The notes under the pieces were generated by a model. It saw only the letters and a list, made by a program, of their open reading frames with translations. It was not told where the DNA came from and did no database searches. The position numbers and the translations under genes are program-made. A stretch of 23,710 bases of DNA, from the NCBI GenBank assembly GCA_001687465.1, contig LVLI01000599.1, positions 62,001 to 85,710 on the forward strand. Reading direction: 5' to 3'. Positions 1-10,438 of the stretch are shown piece by piece. Within the stretch, counting starts at the first letter, position 1. Each line of letters begins with the position of its first letter. Source of the DNA: Halocafeteria seosinensis. Taxonomy: Eukaryota.

Positions 1-1
1 G

Positions 2-1877
2 AAGGCCCCTCTTAGATCTAGGGGATCTCGAGGAATCTGCAGTGGCGGCGTTATACGCCCCGAAGCTTCCCGTACACATGACGTCTTCAATCAGTCGACT
101 GACTTGGGAAATATAAATGTGTTTTCGCAAGATCCTGTTTTCATGGAAGCCGCAAAAGCCTTTGGCGCCGAATGGGCAATGGATAAATTTGTTCGCTATG
201 GAGAGGTGTGTGGAACTGAAGCCCGGAGAGAATCAGCTCGAGAAGTAAGAATGCGTTGCACGTGATCGCGTATCGAACCTATAGTCTAGTAATTTCCGTG
301 CAGGCCAATATAAACACTCCTACACATGAGATGATCGATAAGTTTGGAAATCGAGTGGACCGAGTCAGATTTCATCCTTCATATCACACCTTGATGGAGA
401 GTGCGATCAACCATGAAGTTACCTCATTCGCCTGGAAACACGAAGGACAGGAGGGGGCGCATATTGGCAGAAGTCTCCTAGGAATGAACCATTACAAAAC
501 AGAAGGAGGTACTAGTTGTCCTCTGACGATGACTTTTGCTTGTCTCCCAGCTTTACGGCACGAACCGAAGGTAGCCGAAGAGTTGATGCCGAAACTTATA
601 TCCGATGTTTACGACCCTCGAGACGTACCAATGGAAGAGAAGGAGGGAATAACGCTAGGAATGAGTATGACAGAAAAGCAAGGAGGTACCGATGTTCGTC
701 AGAATACGACTATAGCAAAACCTCTGGACGATGTGGAAGAGCAATATGAACTGACTGGGCACAAGTGGTACGTTTTACATTGCATGTCGTCCTTAATTTT
801 GTAGAAATTAAATGCTGTGACTTCTCCAGGTTTACTTCTGCACCCATGTGTGACGCCTTTTTAACGTTAGCACAGCTTGATGAAGGTGTAACCTGCTTCT
901 TAGTGCCTCGATGGCTTCCCGACGGCAGCCGCAATTCGAATTTCCGTATAGTGCGGCTAAAGGATAAAATGGGGGATAGAAGCAACGCAAGTTCTGAGGT
1001 TGAGTACGATAGGGCTTGGGCGCGAAGAATCGGTCCTAAGGGCCGGGGAGTACAGACCATTGTTGATATGGTTGTACACACTCGTCTTGACTGTGGAACT
1101 GGTTCTTCGTCGCTGATGCGTCAGGCATTTTTCATGACATTAAATCATTCGCTCCACCGCAAAGTATTCGGCACGACTTTGATAGACGCGCCTGCTATGA
1201 GGGCGTTGATGGCGGATCTCGCCGTGGAATCTGAGGCATCGACATGGCTTTCCTTGTTCACCTCATCTCTATTTGATCGCTGCAGTATGGAGAGCGTTGA
1301 CGAATCAGCAAATCCTCTGCGCCGACTGGTTACGGCTGTACAGAAATTCTGGATTTGCAAAAAGGCACCCGGTTTCGCCTACGAGTGTATGGAAAGTGTA
1401 GGAGGTAATGGATACGTCCACGAATGGGACTTTCCAAGAATATTTCAACAATCTCCATTAAATTCAATCTGGGAAGGCAGCGGCAACACAATTGTGCTCG
1501 ATATCTTACGCACGCTAGCAAAAGAACCGGACAGTGCTCGAGGTCTTTACGCCGAGTTATCGAAAGTGCAGGGCCAGAGTCAGCGATATGATACTGCATT
1601 GGCTTCCGTGTTCGAGCAATTACAATCACTGCAGAAGCAGGACCCGAGTGATGTGCAGCTACATGGACGCTTTGTAGTAGATGCGTTGGCCCAGCAATTG
1701 GAAGCTTACGTGCTCCGTCGATACGCTCCGTCAGAAGTTGCTAACTGGTATGAAATGAACCATCTTGAGGTGAAATCCGGATGCAAACGAAATTATGGTT
1801 CATTGCCCGTAGAATTCCCCACAAGCGACTTGAATCGAATCATCGATCGAAGTGTTAACGCGTTGCGTAACTTGTAG
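2..1877 (+). CDS. aidB: AidB-type acyl-CoA dehydrogenase family protein, 5'-truncated by the window (>=584 aa); exons <2-244, 304-767, 830-1877
   Basis: Introns 245-303 (GTAAGA..CAG) and 768-829 (GTACGT..CAG) join one frame. It carries AidB-like motifs THDVFNQ, FHPSYHTLM, CPLTMT, GMSMTEKQGGTDV, GHKW|FTSAPMCDAFL, LKDKMGDRSNASSEVE, TRLDC, GGNGYV and PLNSIWEGSGN. Confidence 0.9.
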
Positions 1878-2268
1878 TCGTGAATGACCCGACGCTTTGG
1901 TAAGAACAAATAAACCTCCAGTTCGATTGCTGATCCCCTATGCCCGTGTACTTGCGTCTTTGCTAAGCTTTTTCACTCGTTTGCAACTTCGCTGGTAGCT
2001 CAACACTAGAGGTTTGAATTCCTACTTGTGTGCTAGCAATGCTAGCATCCCTTGAAGATAGAACTTCAACCAACCAAGTCGAATCTGTTAACCACGCCAC
2101 ATCCGTACTTTGGCAAGCAGAGTTAACAGAATATGCCTTAGATTTGAATAAAGACCTCGTCGTTGTTGTTCGGGATGTTAATAGTACCGTGAGTAGCAGT
2201 TGCTTCCCTTCTTGAAGGCAGGGCCAGGAACACACTTCCTCAGCACGCAATCTCGTCCTTAGGCAAAG

Positions 2269-3234
2269 ATGCCTATGCGAACCCGGTCACGGGCCAAGGA
2301 GCCCGTCACGCTTAATGGTACGCTTTACTTTTGATCCGCTTTGCTGGGTTACCTTTCCGCGAGCATCATGGTGGACATGGCGCTGCAGTGTACGATCTCT
2401 CCCCGATGAACGACATCATTTACGCCTTTGGAATTGGGCTCTATCACAGCGGTGTGGTTGTACATGGCAGTGAATACACCTTTGGCGAAAGCGGTGTGTT
2501 TTCACATCCGCCCCAGCAATTGGAGAATATTGAGTTCCGGGAAGCAATTCCTGTGGCGGGTACGTTTGCTGCTTCGTATGTCGCATGAAGGAAAAAAGCG
2601 TCGTCACTGCTGTAGCCACGTGCAGAGACACAACTATCTTCCCGAGAAGTCCAACAGATTGTTGACGACATGAAGGACGAATGGGCTGGAAGTACATATG
2701 ATGCTATCACAAAGTACGTTGCATGCTGCACTTGCAGCACGATTGTTTAAGCTCGTGGAGGTATACAGTTACTCGTGGCGCAGGAATTGCAATCATTTCT
2801 CTGAAGCATTCGTTCAGCGTCTGGCCGGCGTTTCGATACCACCATATGTTAACAGGTTGGCCTATGTAGGTTCAGCGGTCTCCTGTTTGATACCGGCCGA
2901 CCAAAGGAGAGGTGGACAGAGTAACGATAACCAAGATGGCGGCGGAGACACCTCGGGGTTTACAGTCATAGCTCCCCCGTCGAGGGCCGCCAGGTCGACT
3001 GGCACTTCAGGAAGTTCAGCGGTAATTTCAACCGGTAGTGGAACGGCCGGTAGTGTCTCATCTGGAGGCGCAGGGACTTCGTCATGGTTGTCCTCGATGG
3101 TACCAGGTGCCACCGAGAATCAGACTGGGCAGGGCTCCCAATCCGAATCTAGCGAACCCGCGTCCGAACGCCGCGCGAAGATGCTTCAAGCCGCTGTGCA
3201 GCGACGGCAACAACAGGAGCAGCCAGAGTCATAG
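2269..3234 (+). CDS. DESI2: PPPDE/DeSI-family (DeSI2-like) deubiquitinating/deSUMOylating cysteine peptidase, 252 aa; exons 2269-2317, 2389-2559, 2626-2713, 2784-3234
   Basis: The spliced protein has VTLNVYDL, GLYHSGVVVHGSEYTFG (catalytic His), W.GSTYD.ITKNCNHFS (catalytic Cys) and IPPYVNRLA. Three GT-AG introns (71, 66, 70 nt) keep the frame. Confidence 0.9.
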
Positions 3235-3793
3235 TGAAGGAATTCCCAATGGTTTTCTTCACGATGTCTCAATCAATAAGTAGAAGCAGCAAGACGGGAT
3301 GCTCGTCTGCGGATAGAGATCCGAGCAACGTTGCAAAATCGTAGATGCCATAACTTCCTTTTGATTATATGAGCCATTGAGACATTATTCGGTAAGACCT
3401 GGCCGTACTAACCAGTTACACACTACTGCTGCGTTGAATGTCAAAGTGCATAACTGTGCGAAACCAAAGCTAGCGATAGTAATAGGGTCTGACTGAATAG
3501 ACATTGGAGGATATTTGTCTAGCCTCCGCCCCTGCCTTTGAGGCTACCATTATGACACGTCATTCCGAATACTTCCGCCCTTGTCGGATAGACGAAGCTT
3601 CAAAGGGGTAGAATGTGTTTGGATAATAAACGCATGCAATGTAAGAGATACAACATCTACAGCGCTAAGAATGACTAGTATTTAGCAAACCCAAAGTGGC
3701 ATGGTTGCTGTTGCATTTCTGAACTAGAGTCTATATACCTCATCACGTCCATTGAACAGACAGTAGAAACACTCAGAGCGCTTAAAAAGAAAA

Positions 3794-5499
3794 TCATAGT
3801 TGAAGAAGATCTAAATCCCTTAGTGCAGCGTATGCAACGTCATCGCATTCCTGGTGCTTCTCGCGCGCAGTTCGCAGAAGCAGTTCGGCTTGCTCTTCTA
3901 AGAAAAGGTCTTTTAGCTTGTCTTCATTCCGCACAACCAAATTGCGTATTGCCAGACACCCTTGTCGTTGCAACGCTCCGGCTTCGGGAAATCGCTTCAT
4001 AGCCCGAGTAATTAGTGGGATACCATTCATCTCAGCAAGCATTATTGCATGGCTTGGGTGTCGAAGCGCCATAACTGCAATGCATCCTATAGCCTGATGT
4101 ATCACAGAAGCGTTATCGGGGAATTTTTGAATTGCTTCTACGATGGTACGTAAGGGGCCCGACTCGTTCAATACAACCCAGCGTTTAAGGTGATCGCTGT
4201 GACACAGCTTGCGGATTGCAGATAGCACGGCATGGGCCAACTTGGGTTCTTCAGGGAATGTTCGATGCCACTTCAGCAATCCGTTTGCGATACCATTGTC
4301 ACGGAACGCCTGAACATTTCAAGGGAGTGACATACACAGATCTGAGCAGTAGCTATAGTATACAACCTAAGCGTACCTTGCAGATCTCATCATTAACAGC
4401 AAGAGACTTAATGGTTAGCGCAAGTTCCACAAGGACTCCCGGGTTACTTTCTTCGTTAGCATGCGTGTCGCCTACTTTAAGGAACAATTCATGTGTATTG
4501 AACTCCTCTGAGGTCATATATTCCCGGGCATTGTCAAACGCCTGCAGGCATTCCGGAAATAACTCAAACACATTCACAGAATTACATTCCTGAGTTGCGA
4601 TTCCCGTACCTTGGAGTTATCAGCATTTGGGTCATCATTAGCCACCAACGTCTTGATGAGCCTAAATGCAGAGATGATCGTATCAGCACTTTGCATATTC
4701 CCCTCTATAGCTTGCAGTGAATTCCATCCTAGCTGATTATCGTGGAAGAATCTGCGCGCATCCTCATTACGCGATGCAATCCAAGATGCGGCCAAGAACG
4801 TCCTGCTTTGTGTGATTGAGTCCCCTTTTTCACCAAGGGAAAGGAGGGCACTCTTTGTAGAATCATTGACCAGTTTTCTCACGCCCTCTGAGGTCAAGCG
4901 TCACAAGCGTCACAAAGATTAGGTTATGGAAGAAAAATTCGCAGACCCTGTACTCTTACCATGCTTTGAACAGATAAATCCAAGGTGTTGAACAATTTTC
5001 GACCGCTGCTCGAGGTCATCCTCCGTCTGAGCTTTCTCCAGGGCACTAGAGATGGACGTAAGCACTCCATTTTCTGCTGCAATCAGTGCAGCCCGCTCGT
5101 CCAGTTTCACTTGTTCACTAATGTCCTTTAGTACAGCAAGGCAATCTGCCAGAGTGTTTTGACCATTTGAAGCAGATGATGTTATTTGGCTGAGTTCCAT
5201 GCACGATTCAATGACGGGGTGTTGCTCGTCACTCTGTTCTTCCGGGGTAGCTAGCTTATCTTTATCCAGCTTTATATTCGACAGATCTACTCCCAATTGT
5301 TCAAATTCTGCTCTGGCATTCTGTATAGCCTGCGAGCCTTACAAGCGTTAAAGCGAATGAGGCCGAGAGCACGCATAAGCAAGAACAGAAGGCAACCTAC
5401 GTCAGAACGTTCCATAAAGAACTCTTGTTCATTCTCTTGAACAGCAGCATCGAAGGTCTGCTGCGAAATAACCTTCCTTTGCTCTACGAAATTCGGCAT
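3794..5499 (-). CDS. ARMC6: Armadillo repeat-containing protein 6 homolog, 475 aa; exons 5499-5401, 5329-4960, 4887-4610, 4541-4377, 4309-3794
   Basis: The N-terminus ISQQTFDAAVQEN..EF.M...AIQNARAEFEQLGVDLSNI, the internal LAVNDEICK and the C-terminus QRQGCLAIRNLVVR...AYAALRDL match ARMC6. Four GT-AG introns of 67-72 nt. Confidence 0.88.
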
Positions 5500-6183
5500 C
5501 TGGTTATCCTCGTACTTCCAATGTCGTTCACCCTAAATGCCTGCAATCTATTTTTCACTCAATGAATCCAAACCAAAAAGTGAAATAAGATCTGCCAAGC
5601 GTTCTGTTGAGAGTTTTTTCAAGTCTCGTCTTCTGAAGTTCTGACAGCTCTCTATTGAGCTGTATACGTGCCTGTAATGGCCACCGGGTCAAATTTGAAA
5701 TGGAACAAGTTCAACCCGGGCTGGAAGCCCGGACAGGGATCCTGGGACTCCAGTCTGCAGTGCTCCAGGCTGGCTTTCCGAAGAGAGTAGACCCCTAGGT
5801 ATCCTTATTCTCGCCGTTGTTGTCCCCACGACGCAGAAGAGAGAAAACGAATAGAGTTTCTCGCGATTTAGGAGACGAATAAGTAAGCAAAAATAGAGTT
5901 GTTTAGTGTGATTTTCTCCTTTTCTGGTGTCGGTTGTGATATTTTCCCCGCACTTCCGAGTGTGTGGTATGAAAACGGCCTATTTGTCTTCCGACAAGGC
6001 AATTTCGGAGATACATATAGAAGAAGCACTCCCAAAGGAGTGTTAGGATGGATGTTTTCCCCTTGTTATTTGATGTCTTGATGCGTATAATTGGCGGCTT
6101 TTAGGACGCGAATCCAGCGCTCCGGCTGTCTTCAACTGATTCTAAAATGTGTTTTTCTCCTTCCAGGTACTCAACCATTGACC

Positions 6184-7789
6184 ATGAAGTCCAGTTTGAC
6201 ACTTCTCGCGGCCATTGTATGCCTGTGCGTAGGCAGTGCCGTTGCATCTCCGTTATGGGACTACGTCCATACGGACGATGGCCATTTCAGCTGGGTTGAC
6301 ACTGGGGAGCGTCTTAATGACCAAACTGGGTGGACCGGCTACGTGCTGAATGTTACCTCGCAGAAATGGATGACAATCAATGATAGTAGTTCGCCGATAT
6401 GGACTCACCAGCTTCTTATTGTGGTACCGGACAACTTGAATAAGCAAGGAAGCACAGGAAAAACCGGGATGATTTACATGACGGGAGGCCACAACGGAAA
6501 TCCCGGAAAGCCTGACAACTGGGGTGAGGATGCCTTGTTCGCTGCTTCGGTGGCCACCAGAACTGGTACTCTTGCTGGTACTCTTTTCCAAATCCCCAAT
6601 GAACCTATTGTCTTTCCCTCTGACCCAAGCCATAAGAGACGGTCTGAAGACGACGCCGTTGCTTGGACCTGGTATGTATGCTCAAATGATGGAAGAATTG
6701 ATTGTGCTAACCCTCTTCTCACTGCTGGGATACAGGAAAATGTACATTGAGAATTCTTACTACAGACAGCACCCCGAGTTTCTAATCGAATTCCCCATGG
6801 CCAAAGCTGGCGTCAAAGCCATGGATGCTTTCACTCAATGGGCCAAGCAGAACCAAAATATGGATATTGAAAAGTTCGCAATTTCGGGTGCGTCTAAACG
6901 TGGATGGGCCACATGGCTTGTTGGTGCCGTTGATGATCGTGTTATCGGAATCGCTCCCATCGTTATGGACATGCTCAATCTTCCACGTGGAGTAGCTCAC
7001 ATGTGGCAGGCCTACGGAGGATGGACTTTTGCGTTCGAGCCTTACTGGGTACTCAACATCACCAAATGGGTGAACACTCCGGAAATGGTCACCTTGGCAG
7101 ATCAGATTGATCCACTCCAATATAAAGAAAACCTGACTATGTCTAAACTTGTTATTGATTCTACTGGCGACGAGTTTTTTATGCCAGACGATGATCACTA
7201 TTGGTGGGGAGACCTTCCTGGGGAGAGTTTACGAATGATGGTACAGAACGCAGAGCACTCTATGGCAACAGGTGTACTGGAACTAATCACTGGTGTTGAA
7301 GCATGGTACTGGGGATTACTTACTGATACTCCTCGTCCTCAGTTCACTTGGCAAATTGAAAATGGAAGTGGGAATATTCATATTCAGGCAAATACAAAAC
7401 CAAGCAAGGTTGTGTTGAGGTTTGCAACTACCTACGGATCCAAGCGCCGTGACTTCCGCTTAGTCAAAGGTAATACTAAGGAGGACCCCTGTGACTTCAT
7501 CCCAATCCACATATTCGGTGATGCATGTTTAAACCCAGTATTTTGGATTGGAGAAACTGTGGCTCCCGAATCTGTCTTTGAAACCCGTGCTGCTGACGGA
7601 AGCACAGTGTATAATTACAACTTGTCACAACCACTTCCTCCTGCTGGATGGAGAGGATTTTTCGCGGAACTCTATTTTGGTGGGCCAAAAGGAACGCTTT
7701 ATCAGTTGACCACTCAAGTTAGTATTATCCCTCAGACATTTCCGTTTTCACCTTGCAAGGGTATGGACTGCATTGGTGGCCTAGTTTAA
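6184..7789 (+). CDS. Secreted PqaA / AprA-like (PhoPQ-activated pathogenicity-related family) alpha/beta-hydrolase-fold protein, 513 aa; exons 6184-6671, 6736-7789
   Basis: Signal peptide MKSSLTLLAAIVCLCVGSAVA, then SPLWDYV. Family motifs LNVTSQKW, WTHQLLIVVP, QIPNEPIVF, RRSEDDAVAWTW, PMAKAGVKAMD, SGASKRGWATW, IDP, TGDEFFMPDD and NAEH. Intron 6672-6735 (GTATGT..CAG). Confidence 0.88.
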
Positions 7790-7969
7790 CATATCTGTAG
7801 ACATTTTAAACGGTGCTGCCAACGCTAAAACCGAGTGCAAATGAGTACAACAAAGACGTATCTAGGTAATTTCCTCTTGTTGAGCATACATCAGGTGTAT
7901 ATTTCACGTAATATCGTCACCAGTAACAAACTCGCGCCCACTAATCCCAGAATTCCATCCCAGCGCAGT

Positions 7970-8616
7970 CTATGCCTTCTTGACGTGGTTCAACAAAGCA
8001 TCCAAAGCTGGCGTCTTTTCACCATAGTCGGTAATCACGCAGCAGGAGCAAGAAACCACCTTCTTTGGGTTCCCTTCCTCATCAACCTTGCAAAGCCCAG
8101 ACCACTCTCCAAGGGTCTTTCCAGCCGGCACCATCATGATGGGGATTCCACGTTGTTCACACAAAGCCTGTATTTTCGGGCAGGGAGCATTTGGAGGGTG
8201 AAGCACAACGCCAAGAGAGTAACAGCATCCTACTAAGCATACCTTGACCAACTTGACGTAAGATGGTTCATCGCAGTCTTTGGCGAGACAACAGATACGG
8301 GCTGCCTTTCTATCGATAGCCTTGGTAGCTTCGCGCAATCCTCTTCTCAAGCCATTATGGACGAGAGAGCTGTGCATGACAGACTTCAAAGCCTCCATGG
8401 GGTCCATGTTGGCGGACTGCACTGGGGCAGTTTCTGCTGCTTGGGTCTTTCTGCGGTAGAAAACGACAATATAGCTTGTTAGTTCCATCGTTAATGCCTA
8501 CCAAGCCTGGTGCTTCACGGGCTCCGCTCGTGCTCCCCTTTGTCAGCTGCCCCACCCTTTTTTGTCGACACGGCCGACCAGACTACGCAGAGCGGTACTT
8601 ACCCTTCCTCAGCCAT
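7970..8616 (-). CDS. RPS12: 40S ribosomal protein S12 (eS12), 139 aa; exons 8616-8603, 8450-8243, 8167-7970
   Basis: ALKSVMHSSLVHNGLRRGLREATKAI, CCLAKDCDEPSYVKLVK|ALCEQ and LGEWSGLCKVDEEGNPKKVVSCSCCVITDYG. Introns 8451-8602 (GTAAGT, ACTAAC branch site, CAG) and 8168-8242. Confidence 0.95.
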
Positions 8617-8919
8617 TTTTGTCGTGGTGTCCTCAGAAGTTTCGCGAATTAGTTTGTGGCGCGAGCTCGATACTCTTATCCTACCTTAATAGGTCCTCGG
8701 ATCAATGCAGTAGCTTCTAAAAGGTGATGTACAGCAGGGAGTCACAGCCGTGGTGGATAGTGGACGAAAACATTGTCGTGTTGCAACTTCACGAACGCAC
8801 GTGAGTCATGATTCATGATGTGCTTCAACTTCACGCAAACTAAGCGAATTCTCAGAGGATGGGAAATCATTACTGCGCAGGTTTGGGCCAAAGTTGAGAG
8901 GATCAACGTCCGCGGCACG
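8617..8919. promoter_or_regulatory. Probable bidirectional promoter / 5' UTR region between RPS12 and the sirtuin, with a possible 5' UTR intron at 8801-8880
   Basis: 303 bp lie between the divergent ATGs. GTGAGT at 8801 and GCGCAG ending at 8880 give an 80-nt intron-sized interval. Confidence 0.4.
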
Positions 8920-10398
8920 ATGGGGAACCATTTACAGAAACCACCATTCAATCCGGAGGATATACCATACCAACAACGCCAACAAGTGCTGAACATGGAT
9001 CTCAGTCTTCGGGTTTGTCTAGATTGTGTGCCCTATAATCGCCATACTATTTTGCCTTTGCATGTGGGTGTATTTTGCGAACATATTACAGGGGATTGCC
9101 AATGCTATCAAGAAAGGGAAAGCTAGCAATATCGTGGTACTAGCAGGAGCTGGTATGAGCGTGGCAGCTGGAGTTCCAGATTTCAGATCGCCACATACAG
9201 GTAAAGCAAGATTGAAGAGACAGGCATTACTGGGAGTTTTGGGTATTTAATTTGGTTTGCAAATGTTTTCAGGTTTATACTCGCGACTAAAGGAATACGG
9301 TCTCCCTCGGCCCGAGGCTGTTTTCGACATCGACTACTTCACCGAAGATCCCACGGCGTTTTACCAGGTGTCCAAGGAACTGCTGCCGGAAGGTCTAGAA
9401 CCCACCAAGGCACACTACTTTGTGTCGCTGCTAGCGAAGGAAAATTTACTTCGGAGAATTTATACACAAAATGTGGATACACTTGAACGGGATGCGGGGA
9501 TACCAGATGACTTAATTGTGGAAGCTCATGGGTCCATCGCGACAGCGACATGTATGAAATGCCGGGAGAAGTATTCTAAGGACTGGTTGAAAAAGCAAAT
9601 ATACTCGAACGATAGCAAAGATTACGTTCCAAAGTGCACTGTGCGGACATGCGATGGAGTAATAAAGCCCGATATTACAGTAAGTGCAAGAACAACACCG
9701 AGACAGCTCACATTTGCGAGATTATATTCTCTTAGCTAATGCAGTTCTTCGGTGAAATGTTACCTGCACGCTTCGGAGAACTACATGAACGTGATATGGA
9801 AAACTGTGATCTGCTTATCGTCATTGGGTCTTCTCTTCAAGTTCAGCCAGTGGCACTGCTTCCCTCTATGGTTCCTGACCTCACCCCGAGGCTGCTCATC
9901 AACAAGGAGAAGACATACATGGCTGAAGATGCACCAAATCTCGAGGAGTCAAACATAGACGAAATGGATCTTGCTAGTATTGCAGGCAATCCGCGGGGAT
10001 TCCGCTTCGATACGGAAGACAACTATAGGGATGTTCTTTATGAGGTATGAGCAGATGTACAGGGTTAGAGTATGCGTTCTAACCGTTGTGCGAACTGTTT
10101 GCAGGGGGAAGCGGAAGATGGCGTGGAGAGATTATGTGAAGAGCTTGGGTGGACAAGTAAACTTAACCAATTAGTGTCTGATTCGAGAGAAGCGAAGCAG
10201 CAGGAAGATACTCATGCTGTTACTGGAAGTGGTGAAACCGAGGATTCTCAAGAGAGGCGGCGACTCCAGGCTGTCCATGCTGCAAAAGCTGCAGGGGAAA
10301 CTGCGACAGATGAACAACTCGATCAGGTCACGGAAATGATGAAGAATAGTGGATTAAATGTAGCTGAGCAAGCAGAAGACGATGTCAAAAGAAAATAA
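8920..10398 (+). CDS. SIRT2: NAD-dependent deacylase, class I sirtuin (SIRT2/Hst2-like), ~400 aa; exons 8920-9012, 9092-9200, 9273-9679, 9745-10044, 10105-10398
   Basis: GAGMSVAAGVPDFRSP.TGLY, YTQNVDTLE, EAHGS, Zn-binding CxxC...CxxxxC, IKPDIT|FFGE, GSSLQVQP, PRLLIN and NYRDV. Four GT-AG introns keep the frame. The start codon is less certain than the core. Confidence 0.9.
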
Positions 10399-10438
10399 TT
10401 GCTACCGCTTTGATTCTTTCCTTCTTGTGGTGTATTTT

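Noticed and set aside
1963..2250. ORFs 1963-2250 (-) and 2030-2215 (+)
   Set aside because: Non-ATG starts and no recognisable motifs; the stretch fits the AidB 3' UTR and PPPDE promoter.
3264..3385. 10-bp inverted repeat ATGTCTCAAT / ATTGAGACAT about 100 bp apart (MITE-like?)
   Set aside because: Too short, no target-site duplication evident and no second copy in the window.
3552..3596. SECIS-like spacing ATGA-N12-AA-N24-GA inside the hairpin
   Set aside because: The helix is out of register with the UGA/GA quartet. The upstream PPPDE gene ends in TAG and uses TGC for its catalytic Cys, so no selenoprotein is apparent.
4895..4915. Tandem CAAGCGTCA x2
   Set aside because: A 9-bp slippage duplication inside an ARMC6 intron; not an array or CRISPR.
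5799..5807. GTATCCTT, resembling a U12-type 5' splice site
   Set aside because: There is no TCCTTAAC-like branch site downstream and it lies outside any coding model, so it is likely chance.
5883..6167. Possible 5' UTR intron of the PqaA-like gene (GTAAGC ... TTCTCCTTCCAG)
   Set aside because: The acceptor is plausible, but donor pairing cannot be fixed without transcripts, and 285 nt is atypical here.
10249..10296. VIM-like stretch in the sirtuin tail (RRRLQAVHAAKAAG)
   Set aside because: It lacks the final Arg of R-x5-AA-x2-R.
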